Assembly (NCBI GenBank): GCA_903831655.1 | Contig: CAIKYO010000183.1 | Span: 19-64,018, forward strand | Direction: 5' to 3' | DNA length: 64,000 nucleotides | Source: an uncultured Burkholderiales bacterium | GTDB taxonomy: Bacteria > Pseudomonadota > Gammaproteobacteria > Burkholderiales > Burkholderiaceae_C | Shown here: positions 36,457-45,573 of the stretch, piece after piece | How positions within the stretch are numbered: the stretch's first letter is position 1 | How the letters are laid out: the number at the start of each line of letters is the position of its first letter | Notes under the pieces: generated by a model | The model's database searches: none | Seen by the model: only the letters and a program-made list of their open reading frames with translations | What the model was told of the DNA's origin: nothing | Program-made: the position numbers and the translations under genes

Positions 36457-38855
36457 GCTCACATCACACTTCCCAAAAGTCGAACCATCACCACGAACAT
36501 CAACATGTGAAAGGTGAATTTCACATGGCCCGTCAAGAGGATTTGAGGCTGATCCAAGGCAAGGGACATTTCACCGCAGATACCCATTACGAGGGTCAAC
36601 TCCACATGTATGTGATTCGCTCCATGCATGCGCATGCTGTGATCAAAAGACTCAATTTGGATGCTGTGAAATCTGCTCCTGGAGTCGTTTGTGTCTTGAC
36701 GGCCGACGATCTGTCCGCTCACGGCGGCCATGAACTACCTCATCCCGTGAGCCTCACCTCTCCCAGTGGAGTGGCTCAGGTTGTGAACAAAATGCCTTTG
36801 CTTGCCAAAGACCGAGTGCGTTTTGTAGGGCAGCCTATCGCATTTGTCGTTGCTCAAACCGCCTTCGAAGCCCAAAACGCCAGCGAGTTGGCTGATATTG
36901 AGTTTGAGGAGTTGAAAGCGGTCTCCAATGTGCACGAAGCCATTCAGCCTGGAGCACCGGTCCTCTTTGACAATGCCCCTGGGAATGTCTCTGTTGATTT
37001 TGAGTCTGGTGACAAAGGGAGAGTGGAGGCGGCGTTTGCGAGCGCCACTTTTGTGAGCAAAGTACAGGTCAATAGCCAGCGCTTGATTGGTTTTCCCATG
37101 GAGCCTCGCGCTGTGGTTGCGGTGTATGACCCAAAAACGGGCCGCACCCGAGTGCACACCCCCTCTCAGGGGCTCAATAACATGTTGGGCTTTTTGACCC
37201 AAGCCTCCGGTTACAAGGTTGAGGATCTTGAGATCGTGACCCAAGACGTGGGCGGCTCTTTTGGACTGAGGACCGCGGCTTATTCTGAGCACGTGGGTGT
37301 GATGGTGGCAAGCAAACTCACAGGCAAACCCGTCAAATGGGTGGGCACTCGTTCAGAGACCATTTTGAGCGATTGGCACGGCCGTGCCTTGAGTCTTCAA
37401 GGCAGCATTGCCTTGGATGCAGAGGGACGCATTTTGGCCATTCGATTTGAGGATTGGGTGGATTCGGGGGCGTTCAATGCTTACATGAGCTCCTTCATTG
37501 GTTCGAGAAACCTCTCGATCACCATGGGCGGTGTCTACCAAGTGCCTGCCTTGTACATGCACAGCACCTTTGTCTACACCAACACCGTGCCCATCTCTGC
37601 CTACCGAGGTGCGGGGCGTCCCGATATTGCTTACGGCATCGAGAGATTGATTGACTTTGCGTGCCACGAGCACGGTTTTGATCCTGTGCAGTTGCGCAAA
37701 AAGAACTTCATTCCCACCAACCGTTTCCCCTACACCACGGCCAATGGTTATGTCTACGATTACTGTGACTTTGAGCAAGTATTGGACCGGGCTTTGGAAT
37801 TATCGGATTACAAAGGCTTTCAAGCCCGCAAGGCTGCTTCGAAGGAAAAGGGCCTGTTGCGTGGCATTGGTATATCCACTTACGTTGAAGCCAGTGGAGC
37901 CGGTACTGCGCAAAAAGACCAAGTGTTGGGTGAGATCAACGCACTGGGCCAATTGGTCATCTCCGGCGTGACCGGTCCGTCTGGGCAAGGGCATGAGACC
38001 TCATTTGCCAAAATCGTTGAAAACGAATTGGGCCTTCAATCAGAACAGGTCAAGTACCAAGCAGGACTCGCGGGCGTACCACTCATTGGAAACGGCACTG
38101 GCGGCTCCAGAAGTTTGTACGGTGCGGGCTCTGCCATCAAGAATCTTTGTGCGGTGCTCAAAGCCAAAATCGCTGTTTTGTTGAGCTCACACTGGGGTGT
38201 CCCTGCTGAGAGCGTTGAATTTGCTGCGGATGCCAACTGGGTTTGTAAGCAAAGTTTGGGCTCCAATGTGAGTGGCGCATGGGCGCACTCCCCAATGAGC
38301 ACTCGCCAGGTCTTGGAGGCGTTGAGCGCTGAGGAGCGAGCCATCTTGCGTGGCATGGGTGAAGCCCAATCGGGCTCCACTTTCCCCAACGGGTGTCACG
38401 TTGCAGAGCTCGAGATCGATCCGGTCACTGGCGTCACAGAGATCGTGGGCTACGTGAGCGTTGATGAGTTGGGCGTGGTGATTTCTCCTGAATTGGTCAA
38501 AGGCCAAGTGCACGGTGGCGTGGTTCAGGGCTTGGGGCAAGCCTTTTATGAACAGGCGGTCTATGACAGCCAAGCTCAGTTGCTCACGGGCTCCTTGATG
38601 GATTACGCATTGCCAAGAGCCGATGCCTTAAAGCATTTGACGCATGGCACGGTCGAATTGCAGACCCAATTGAACTTACTGGGTGCTAAAGGAGTGGGGG
38701 AGTCGGGTTGTACGGGCTCACTCCCTGCGGTGGCCAATGCCATGATGGACGCTTTGCGCCCCTTTGGCGTGACTTCCATGGACATGCCCTTTACGCCCCC
38801 CAAGGTCTGGGCTGCAATCCAAAAGGGTGAGCAGGCGCAAACGGTCCTTTGGTGA
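36453..38855 (+). CDS. Molybdopterin-binding large subunit (CoxL form II-like)
   Basis: DVGGSFG, AYRGAGR loop, GQGHET, GQVHGG..QGLG, GAKGVGESG; ATGA overlap with the small subunit; His-rich N-terminus. Confidence 0.92.
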   Translation: MSSHHTSQKSNHHHEHQHVKGEFHMARQEDLRLIQGKGHFTADTHYEGQLHMYVIRSMHAHAVIKRLNLDAVKSAPGVVCVLTADDLSAHGGHELPHPVSLTSPSGVAQVVNKMPLLAKDRVRFVGQPIAFVVAQTAFEAQNASELADIEFEELKAVSNVHEAIQPGAPVLFDNAPGNVSVDFESGDKGRVEAAFASATFVSKVQVNSQRLIGFPMEPRAVVAVYDPKTGRTRVHTPSQGLNNMLGFLTQASGYKVEDLEIVTQDVGGSFGLRTAAYSEHVGVMVASKLTGKPVKWVGTRSETILSDWHGRALSLQGSIALDAEGRILAIRFEDWVDSGAFNAYMSSFIGSRNLSITMGGVYQVPALYMHSTFVYTNTVPISAYRGAGRPDIAYGIERLIDFACHEHGFDPVQLRKKNFIPTNRFPYTTANGYVYDYCDFEQVLDRALELSDYKGFQARKAASKEKGLLRGIGISTYVEASGAGTAQKDQVLGEINALGQLVISGVTGPSGQGHETSFAKIVENELGLQSEQVKYQAGLAGVPLIGNGTGGSRSLYGAGSAIKNLCAVLKAKIAVLLSSHWGVPAESVEFAADANWVCKQSLGSNVSGAWAHSPMSTRQVLEALSAEERAILRGMGEAQSGSTFPNGCHVAELEIDPVTGVTEIVGYVSVDELGVVISPELVKGQVHGGVVQGLGQAFYEQAVYDSQAQLLTGSLMDYALPRADALKHLTHGTVELQTQLNLLGAKGVGESGCTGSLPAVANAMMDALRPFGVTSMDMPFTPPKVWAAIQKGEQAQTVLW

Positions 38856-38942
38856 GTTTCGCTTTGGGCTTGCCAATCCCATAAGTCCTTGTTTAGAATA
38901 GGTTTTGGGCTTAATTTGAAGCCCAAAACTTCTCGGAGTTGA

Positions 38943-39170
38943 GTGGTGTTTCAGTACCAAACCCGTCGTTATTTTGAACTGATTTTGGGGATCTATTTCT
39001 TGGTCCTGGGTTGTGTCGCGCCCATGGTGATGTTGCCCAAGTCGGGTCACCCTTTGGCCTTGCACTACATCTTTGAGTTGCTCTTGGTTGGCATTGGAAC
39101 CTTCTTTTTGGTGCGTTCCACCCGCGTGGTCACCGTGGTGGTGGTGGATATGCCCCAACAAAAGTCGTAA
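38943..39170 (+). CDS. Hypothetical small membrane protein
   Basis: 75 aa with two hydrophobic helices; no recognisable family. Confidence 0.4.
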   Translation: MVFQYQTRRYFELILGIYFLVLGCVAPMVMLPKSGHPLALHYIFELLLVGIGTFFLVRSTRVVTVVVVDMPQQKS

Positions 39171-39312
39171 AACCTGCCCCTCAGACCCCACCTTTCTCGG
39201 TGTTTACCTGGGTGACTGGGCAAATCTGCCCAGTCTGATGGATAATTAACCCTTTGTTTTCAATCACATGACTGCTCTTGCTCAAGCAAGCAGTGAACAT
39301 TAGGAGAGCCCC

Positions 39313-40467
39313 ATGGCTGGATTAGTTCCCAACATCGACCCCGATGGCTTGTTAGAGTTTTCAGTGGTGTACACCGATCGCGCCTTGAACCACATGTCCA
39401 AAAGGTTTCAAGGGGTGATGACAAACATCTCCCAAATCTTAAAGGACGTCTACCACGCCCACTCCGCTGTGCTCGTGCCCGGAAGTGGAACATTTGGCAT
39501 GGAAGCCGTGGCCAGACAATTTGCCACGGGCAAGAAAACGCTGGTGATTCGCAATGGTTGGTTCAGTTACCGTTGGACTCAAATTTTTGACATGGGTCAC
39601 ATTCCCTCACAGTCAACGGTGCTCAAAGCACGTCGCTTGAGCCAAGACTCTGAAGCCCAATGGATCCCATGTCCGGTCGCCGAAGTGGTGCAGACCATTT
39701 TGGAACAAAAGCCAGACGTGGTGTTCGCTCCTCACGTTGAGACGGCTGCAGGCATGATCCTGCCTGATGACTATTTAAGAGCAGTCTCTGAGGCCGTGCA
39801 CCAAGTCGGTGGCTTGATGGTGCTTGACTGCGTGGCCTCTGGTGCCATGTGGGTCAACATGAAAGACACGGGCGTGGATGTGCTCATCACCGCCCCTCAA
39901 AAGGGTTGGAGCGGTTCGCCTTGTTGCGCCATGGTCATGCTCTCCCAAAGAGCTCGCGAGGCCATCGAGTCAACCAACAGCACAAGTTTTGCTTGTGATT
40001 TGAAGAAATGGTTGCAAATCATGGAGACCTACGAAAAAGGGGCCCATGCCTACCACACCACGCTCCCAACCGATGCACTCACCCGTTTGTGTGAGGTCAT
40101 GAACGAGACCAAAGCTTACGGTTTTGATCGTGTGAAGGCCGAGCAAATTGAACTTGGCCGTGCGGTCAGAGCACTCTTTGAGTCTCGTGGTATCAAGAGC
40201 GTGGCTGCCGAGGGCTTCAAAGCCCCAGGAGTTGTGGTCAGTTACACCCGAGATGCCGAGATCCATTCGAGCAAGAAGTTCCTCTCATTGGGACTTCAAA
40301 CTGCCTCTGGTGTTCCCTTGCAATGCGATGAACCCAGTGACTTCATGACGTTCAGAGTGGGCTTGTTTGGACTTGAGAAGTTGCACAACGTTCAAAGAAG
40401 TGTTGATCACTTGAGTCACGCGCTCGATCAAATGGGGATCAAAGAAAAAGCGGAAGCCTTGGCCTGA
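39313..40467 (+). CDS. Class V PLP-dependent aminotransferase (serine/alanine-glyoxylate-like)
   Basis: PGSGTFGME, HVET, VLDCVAS, APQKGW (PLP lysine). Confidence 0.9.
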   Translation: MAGLVPNIDPDGLLEFSVVYTDRALNHMSKRFQGVMTNISQILKDVYHAHSAVLVPGSGTFGMEAVARQFATGKKTLVIRNGWFSYRWTQIFDMGHIPSQSTVLKARRLSQDSEAQWIPCPVAEVVQTILEQKPDVVFAPHVETAAGMILPDDYLRAVSEAVHQVGGLMVLDCVASGAMWVNMKDTGVDVLITAPQKGWSGSPCCAMVMLSQRAREAIESTNSTSFACDLKKWLQIMETYEKGAHAYHTTLPTDALTRLCEVMNETKAYGFDRVKAEQIELGRAVRALFESRGIKSVAAEGFKAPGVVVSYTRDAEIHSSKKFLSLGLQTASGVPLQCDEPSDFMTFRVGLFGLEKLHNVQRSVDHLSHALDQMGIKEKAEALA

Positions 40468-40499
40468 GAGGGGCCAAAGTCCAAGTTTTGAAGTTGAAT

Positions 40500-40527
40500 C
40501 ACAAAGAGCTTTTTAAAGCTCTTTGTG
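40500..40527. terminator. Near-perfect palindrome, terminator or operator, between the aminotransferase and cupin genes
   Basis: cacaaagagcttt-tt-aaagctctttgtg (13-bp arms). Confidence 0.55.
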
Positions 40528-40574
40528 CTTTCTAGAGTTAAAAAAATACAAAACCAACCCAGGAGACAAACCAC

Positions 40575-41060
40575 ATGAACAATCCAAAAATTAGACGCGT
40601 CGTCACAGGTCACGATGAGAACGGCAAAGCGGTTGTGAAAATCGATGAGATCTGTACCCATTTCAAAGAGGGCCGTCCCAACGGTTTTTCTTGCAACATT
40701 TGGACCACTGACACCGTGCCTGCAGACAACTGCTCCGATGTGGATGGGGGCAAGCGCGAGGGACGTTTCACAATGATTGAGAATGGCTCGGTCTTTCGAA
40801 TATTGGACTTCAAGCCCGGCGTTGCTTATCGCATGCACAGAACCGATTCAATTGACTACATTGTGGTGATGTCAGGAGAGATCGACATGGAACTCGATGA
40901 AGGTCACTCGGTCCACCTCAAAGCTGGGGATGTGATGGTGCAAAGAGGCACCATTCACAATTGGGTCAACAATGGGACCGAGACCTGCGTCATGGCGGTT
41001 ATTTTGATTCATGCCCACCCTGCACAAGCTGGTGGACAGGTGCTTCACGCCCAAGGCTAA
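40575..41060 (+). CDS. Cupin domain protein (paralog of 14934..15404)
   Basis: KIRRVVTGHD..GKAVV, HRTDSIDY, MVQRGTIHNW. Confidence 0.85.
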   Translation: MNNPKIRRVVTGHDENGKAVVKIDEICTHFKEGRPNGFSCNIWTTDTVPADNCSDVDGGKREGRFTMIENGSVFRILDFKPGVAYRMHRTDSIDYIVVMSGEIDMELDEGHSVHLKAGDVMVQRGTIHNWVNNGTETCVMAVILIHAHPAQAGGQVLHAQG

Positions 41061-41082
41061 GCGAGCAAGCCGTAGGCTGGAA

Positions 41083-42462
41083 TTAGAGCAAGGGAGCGGG
41101 GCGTTCTTGCAAGTCGAAGTTCAAAATGTGATCCAAAGTGGATTGCACTTTTAAAGGGTGAAACCTGCGAAGCAGCTCCACTCTCGTACTTTGTAGATGG
41201 TCTTCAAAAGCATAGGGTCTCTCAGCACTCCCCAGAGGCGCTGCAATGAACTGGCTCCTCTCTCCTTTGGCTCCAAGTGTGATGCTCACTCGCGCACTCA
41301 CTGACTCTTTGGTGCTGCTGTTCTCCACCTCTGGGTCGAGCTCAATTTCAACCAAACTTGAGAGCTTTTGGGTCAGGGGATCTTTGAGGTAAAACTCAAA
41401 ATCATCGATGTTCAAAGCCTCTGAGGGCTTCAATCCTTTTGCAAGCGCCATGCTCAAACAAAAAGGGGCGCTCATTTGAGCGGCTTGTAGGTCATTGACC
41501 CGAGTAGAGGTGAGGCGACCCAAAATCACTTTGGGAATACCCAGACGAATTCGAGTGATCTCTCGTGCATCAAAACCACTTTGCATGGCGAGCATAGAAG
41601 CAGCCTCTATGGCGGAGAGCACTCGAGCTGAACTTGCATGGGGCTTGATGGAAACACCCATGGTCTCAAATCGCTCGCCCAAACCCTCGGTGAGGAGTTC
41701 TGTATTTTGGGTGTCAGAGTAAGCACGCAAGAAACCGTCAACGCCCTCCAAACCATCCAAGGGCCCATCAAAACCGGCGTGCACCAAGAGAGCTGCCTTG
41801 ACGCCTGAGCTCGCCGCCTGAGCGGCGTGCAGCCTCTTGACCGTTGAGCCTGAGTGGAAGAATTGTGTGACCCCAGAGCAAAGTGAGGAAGCCAGCCCCA
41901 GAGTTTGTGCGATTTTGTGTTCACGCTCCTCTTGGGTAAAGAGCAGTTTTGCTGCCGCTGTGGCTGCACCAAAAACTCCGCAGGTTGCGGTCGCTTGGAA
42001 TCCTCTTTTGAAATGTCCCGGTTGCACGCTCAAACCAATTCTGATCATGCACTCGTAGCCAGCCAAAATAGCGCTCAACATGTCTTGGCCGCTTGCGCCT
42101 AGCGATTCGCCGATGCTTAACGCGGCGGAAATCACAATGCAGCCAGGATGAAGCATGGCACCAACGTGCACGTCATCGGCGTCTACGCTTCCGCTGTAAA
42201 TGGTGTTGAGAAAGGTTGCGCTCACACGGTCTACTTTTTTCTGTCCAAAGAGCACCGTGCTCGCTTCGTGAGGGAGGGCATGGGTGTTGGCTGTTTCTTG
42301 GATGTATCGCTCAGCAAACCTGGACCACGTCATGCGCTCACCAATGGAGGCCACGCGCAAATAATCGAGCAAAAAGATGGTTAACTTTTCTTTTAAGACT
42401 GGCGAGACGTTTTGTACGTTCAACTCGGCTGTGAACTTGCTAAGGGCTTGGGTGATTTGCAT
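41083..42462 (-). CDS. MmgE/PrpD family protein
   Basis: DDVH..AMLHPG, GYE...RIG, VKRLHA, G..GFL, IKPHAS. Confidence 0.88.
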   Translation of the reverse strand: MQITQALSKFTAELNVQNVSPVLKEKLTIFLLDYLRVASIGERMTWSRFAERYIQETANTHALPHEASTVLFGQKKVDRVSATFLNTIYSGSVDADDVHVGAMLHPGCIVISAALSIGESLGASGQDMLSAILAGYECMIRIGLSVQPGHFKRGFQATATCGVFGAATAAAKLLFTQEEREHKIAQTLGLASSLCSGVTQFFHSGSTVKRLHAAQAASSGVKAALLVHAGFDGPLDGLEGVDGFLRAYSDTQNTELLTEGLGERFETMGVSIKPHASSARVLSAIEAASMLAMQSGFDAREITRIRLGIPKVILGRLTSTRVNDLQAAQMSAPFCLSMALAKGLKPSEALNIDDFEFYLKDPLTQKLSSLVEIELDPEVENSSTKESVSARVSITLGAKGERSQFIAAPLGSAERPYAFEDHLQSTRVELLRRFHPLKVQSTLDHILNFDLQERPAPLL

Positions 42463-42525
42463 GGATGAATGGAGGTGATGGATTTAAGGGGGTTGAGGCT
42501 TAAGAGTCAAAGGCGAATCAAGGGT

Positions 42526-43542
42526 TCATTGAATTTGAGCTTTGAGGTTTGCTGTTTTAACCACGCGCTCCCACTTGCTGTAGTCCTCTTTTAAGTATTT
42601 GGCCAAATCGGCTGGACTCCCGCCCAAGAGCTCAATGGCCTCCTGGGCAAAGCGTGACTTGACCTCAGGTGAGCTCAGCAATTTGTTCATTTGTGTGTTG
42701 AGCTTTTCAACGACGCCTTCTGGTAAACCTGCAGGGCCAAAGAGCCCCCACCATTGATTGGATTCAAAGCCTTTCAAACCCATTTCAGACAGGGTGGGAA
42801 CCTCTGGTGCCAAGGCCAAGCGGTGGTTGCTCGTGATGGCCAGCATTTTGAGTTTGCCGCCTTTGACCATGGTGTTGACACTGCCCACGGCAGCAAAGAG
42901 GGCGTTGACTTGACCACCTATCGTATCGGCCACCGCAGGTGCGGCCCCTTTGTAGGGAATGTGCAAGCCCTTGAGACCTGTGTATTGATTAAAGAGCTCC
43001 CCACTCAAGTGACTCACCGTTCCTGCTCCATTGGAGGCGAAGGTGAATTGACCTTGATGCGCTTTGGCATATTCAATGAGTTGGGGGAGGGTGTTGATGG
43101 TGCTGGTGGCTGAGACCACCAGCACATTGGGTGAGGCGCCGATGAGAGAGATGGGGGTGAGATCCGTCAACGGGTTGTACAGAGGTTTGTCCATGAAGAG
43201 TGGGTTGATGGAGACTGGGGAGCTTGAGGTGAGGAGCAAAGTGTAGCCATCGGGATCGGAGCGCACGACGAATTGGGTTCCAATACCGCCTCCTGCGCCG
43301 GCTTTGTTCTCCACCACCACGGTCGTGGCCAACTCTTTGGACAAAGTTTGGGTGACCAGTCTCAAGACCACATCCGCGGCTCCTCCCGGTGGAAATGGGG
43401 TGATCACGTGAATGGGTTTATCTGGGTAGGGTGCCGCTGACAAAAGTCCCAGGTACAGAGCTGGCAATAAAGAGAGGAGTCGTTTCATGGGCATTGGAAG
43501 TTTTAGGGACTGAAAAAGTGTTTGAGGATTGGTTGGGGTCAC
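42526..43542 (-). CDS. Bug/TctC substrate-binding protein
   Basis: YPDKPIHVITPFPPGGAAD, ENKAGAGG, PDGYTLL, HIPYKG. Confidence 0.92.
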   Translation of the reverse strand: MTPTNPQTLFQSLKLPMPMKRLLSLLPALYLGLLSAAPYPDKPIHVITPFPPGGAADVVLRLVTQTLSKELATTVVVENKAGAGGGIGTQFVVRSDPDGYTLLLTSSSPVSINPLFMDKPLYNPLTDLTPISLIGASPNVLVVSATSTINTLPQLIEYAKAHQGQFTFASNGAGTVSHLSGELFNQYTGLKGLHIPYKGAAPAVADTIGGQVNALFAAVGSVNTMVKGGKLKMLAITSNHRLALAPEVPTLSEMGLKGFESNQWWGLFGPAGLPEGVVEKLNTQMNKLLSSPEVKSRFAQEAIELLGGSPADLAKYLKEDYSKWERVVKTANLKAQIQ

Positions 43543-43682
43543 GATTGGCGGGGCCAGCTTGATTGCGGCAATAGCGCCAATGCAGGGTGTCTGGGATGCT
43601 GAGCTTCATAGGCCAGTGCGCATTGTAGAAAGAATACCTGCGTCTTTAGAGGCAAGTGTCGAAATCGTGTTGGCGTTTTTGC

Positions 43683-44201
43683 TTAATCTAAGTTTTGAGC
43701 TGAACTCTCTCGGACATAGTGAATTTGATTGTGGTGAATGTGGTCGATGCCTTCAAAATCGTTTTTGCTTTGAAAATGAATTTCAAAGGTGACAAAGGGC
43801 AGGTTCATTCTTGAAGGAGCACGTCCGTCAATCCAATCGTATTTTCTCTTGAGGTTAACGCCATCAAAGAGCCAAGTTCCCTTGTGGCGATGGGTTTGTG
43901 TCTGGCCCGAGTCCAAAGAGATGAGAGTGGTTTCGCTGAAGTCACCGTTTGTATCGAGCACCAAGTACTTTTTGACCACTGAGGTCTCACGCTCGTCCAC
44001 ACGCACCCATGTGCCGGGCAAGTGTTCAATCACTTGTGCGGTGCTCCAGTGGACCGGTTGTGCTTGAAACTCGCCAGAGAGGTCTGAGGGCGTGTCTTCA
44101 CACGCCGTTAAAAAGGCCATGATCCCCATGCTCAATAAAGAAACGCATCTGGCCCAATGAAACTTCATGAGCTCGATTATGGTCGTGTGTTGGCGTTCCA
44201 A
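43683..44201 (-). CDS. Putative lipoprotein (possible lipocalin-like beta barrel)
   Basis: Lipobox FLTAC; LPGTW motif and alternating beta-strand pattern. Confidence 0.55.
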   Translation of the reverse strand: MERQHTTIIELMKFHWARCVSLLSMGIMAFLTACEDTPSDLSGEFQAQPVHWSTAQVIEHLPGTWVRVDERETSVVKKYLVLDTNGDFSETTLISLDSGQTQTHRHKGTWLFDGVNLKRKYDWIDGRAPSRMNLPFVTFEIHFQSKNDFEGIDHIHHNQIHYVRESSAQNLD

Positions 44202-44316
44202 AGCTTGGCTTGCATGCCTTTTTTATCTGAAAGCGTCATTTTCAAATTTTCTTCAATTTCTTTCATTTTTGGGTTGCAGTTTTTTTAACTTCTTTTAGAA
44301 TGGTTAATTAGTAAAC

Positions 44317-44340
44317 CGCTGTTTCACTGGTAAAACAGCG
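44317..44340. promoter_or_regulatory. Candidate operator of the catabolic operon (IclR-type)
   Basis: Perfect 8-bp inverted repeat cgctgttt-N8-aaacagcg, 14 nt before the first gene of an operon encoding an IclR regulator. Confidence 0.55.
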
Positions 44341-44354
44341 AATCTGGAGACTTT

Positions 44355-44699
44355 ATGAGTGCAGGTGAGCCCCAAAGTTCAAACTCTGAATGGCACGACG
44401 TGTGTGCCGAATCCGAATTGGATCCTGAGTTTCCCCTCAGCGTTGAGGTTGAGGGTGAGAAGGTCGGGGTCTTCAAAGTGGGGGATCAGGTCTATGCGCT
44501 TGAGGACATTTGTCCGCATGCCTATGCATTGCTCTCACAAGGCTTTCAAGAGAACGGACAAATTGAATGTCCACTGCACGGCGCGTTGTTTGACATAGCC
44601 ACGGGCATGAGTCTGACTGAGATTGGTCAACGCGATTTGACATGTCACAAGCTCAAAATTGAGAGCGGTCGTGTTTGGGTCAAGCTCCACGCCGCCTGA
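44355..44699 (+). CDS. Rieske-type ferredoxin of a ring-hydroxylating oxygenase
   Basis: CPH....L..G......IECPLHGALFDI.TG. Confidence 0.92.
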   Translation: MSAGEPQSSNSEWHDVCAESELDPEFPLSVEVEGEKVGVFKVGDQVYALEDICPHAYALLSQGFQENGQIECPLHGALFDIATGMSLTEIGQRDLTCHKLKIESGRVWVKLHAA

Positions 44700-44731
44700 G
44701 TTCCTCAAAGACCAACTCAATCAGGACCCCC

Positions 44732-45532
44732 ATGACACCCTCAACTCCAGTCTCTGTTCCTGCCATTGAGTTTGTCAATGTGCAAAAGAGGTTTTCCTCC
44801 AAAGCGGGGAATGTGACAGCTGTTCAAAACATCAACACTCAAATCCAAAGTGGTGAAGTGGTCTCCATCATTGGTCCCTCGGGTTGTGGAAAAAGCACCT
44901 TGCTCAACATGGGTTCAGGACTTGCCGCACCCACAAGTGGTGAGGTCTTTGTCGCGGGTGAGCGTGTGATGGGGCCCAACGCGCACGTTGCCTTTATGCT
45001 CCAAAAGGATCTCTTGATGCCTTGGAGAACGATTGCCCAAAACGTCGAATTTGGCCTTGAAATCAGAGGTGTTGCAGCCAAAGAGCGAGAGATCATTTCA
45101 ACCCAACTCTTGGCCCAATGCCACTTAAAAGGTTTTGAGGCTCACTACCCACACCAACTCTCGGGTGGGATGAGGCAGCGTGCCGCATTGGCGCGCACCT
45201 TGGCCATTGACCCCATTGTGCTTTTAATGGATGAGCCTTTTTCCGCCTTGGATGCACAGACCAAAATGATCTTGCAACAAGATTTGGCCACCACCATTCA
45301 TGCTCAAAACAAAACGGTGCTCTTCATCACACACGACTTGGCTGAGGCGGTTACGCTCTCGGATCGCATTTTGGTCATGAGCGAGAGACCTGGCACGATT
45401 GTCAACGAGATCATTGTGGAGTTACCTGCTCGCCACGATCCTTTGCAGCGCAGAAAGCATCCCGAGATGAACCACTACGTGGCCCTGTTGATGGATCTCT
45501 TGAAGTTGGATGCCAACAAAGAGTTGCATTGA
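44732..45532 (+). CDS. ABC transporter ATP-binding protein, NitT/TauT family
   Basis: GPSGCGKS, LSGGMRQR, LMDEPF, ITHD; start moved to MTPST. Confidence 0.95.
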   Translation: MTPSTPVSVPAIEFVNVQKRFSSKAGNVTAVQNINTQIQSGEVVSIIGPSGCGKSTLLNMGSGLAAPTSGEVFVAGERVMGPNAHVAFMLQKDLLMPWRTIAQNVEFGLEIRGVAAKEREIISTQLLAQCHLKGFEAHYPHQLSGGMRQRAALARTLAIDPIVLLMDEPFSALDAQTKMILQQDLATTIHAQNKTVLFITHDLAEAVTLSDRILVMSERPGTIVNEIIVELPARHDPLQRRKHPEMNHYVALLMDLLKLDANKELH

Positions 45533-45554
45533 TTGATTGATTGATTGATTGATT
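45531..45554. repeat. Tetranucleotide microsatellite (GATT)6
   Basis: gattgattgattgattgattgatt, overlapping the ATPase stop codon and upstream of the SBP start. Confidence 0.9.
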
Positions 45555-45573
45555 CTTTTTCACTTTACTTTAC

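Noticed and set aside
36453-38855. Aerobic CO dehydrogenase (CO oxidation)
   Set aside because: The active-site loop is AYRGAGR (form II-like), not AYXCSFR, and coxM and accessory genes are absent.
38718-39191. 157-aa minus-strand ORF with HIHHHH
   Set aside because: Overlaps the coxL-like 3' end and mirrors a hydrophobic plus-strand ORF; the His run is the antisense reading of Val codons.
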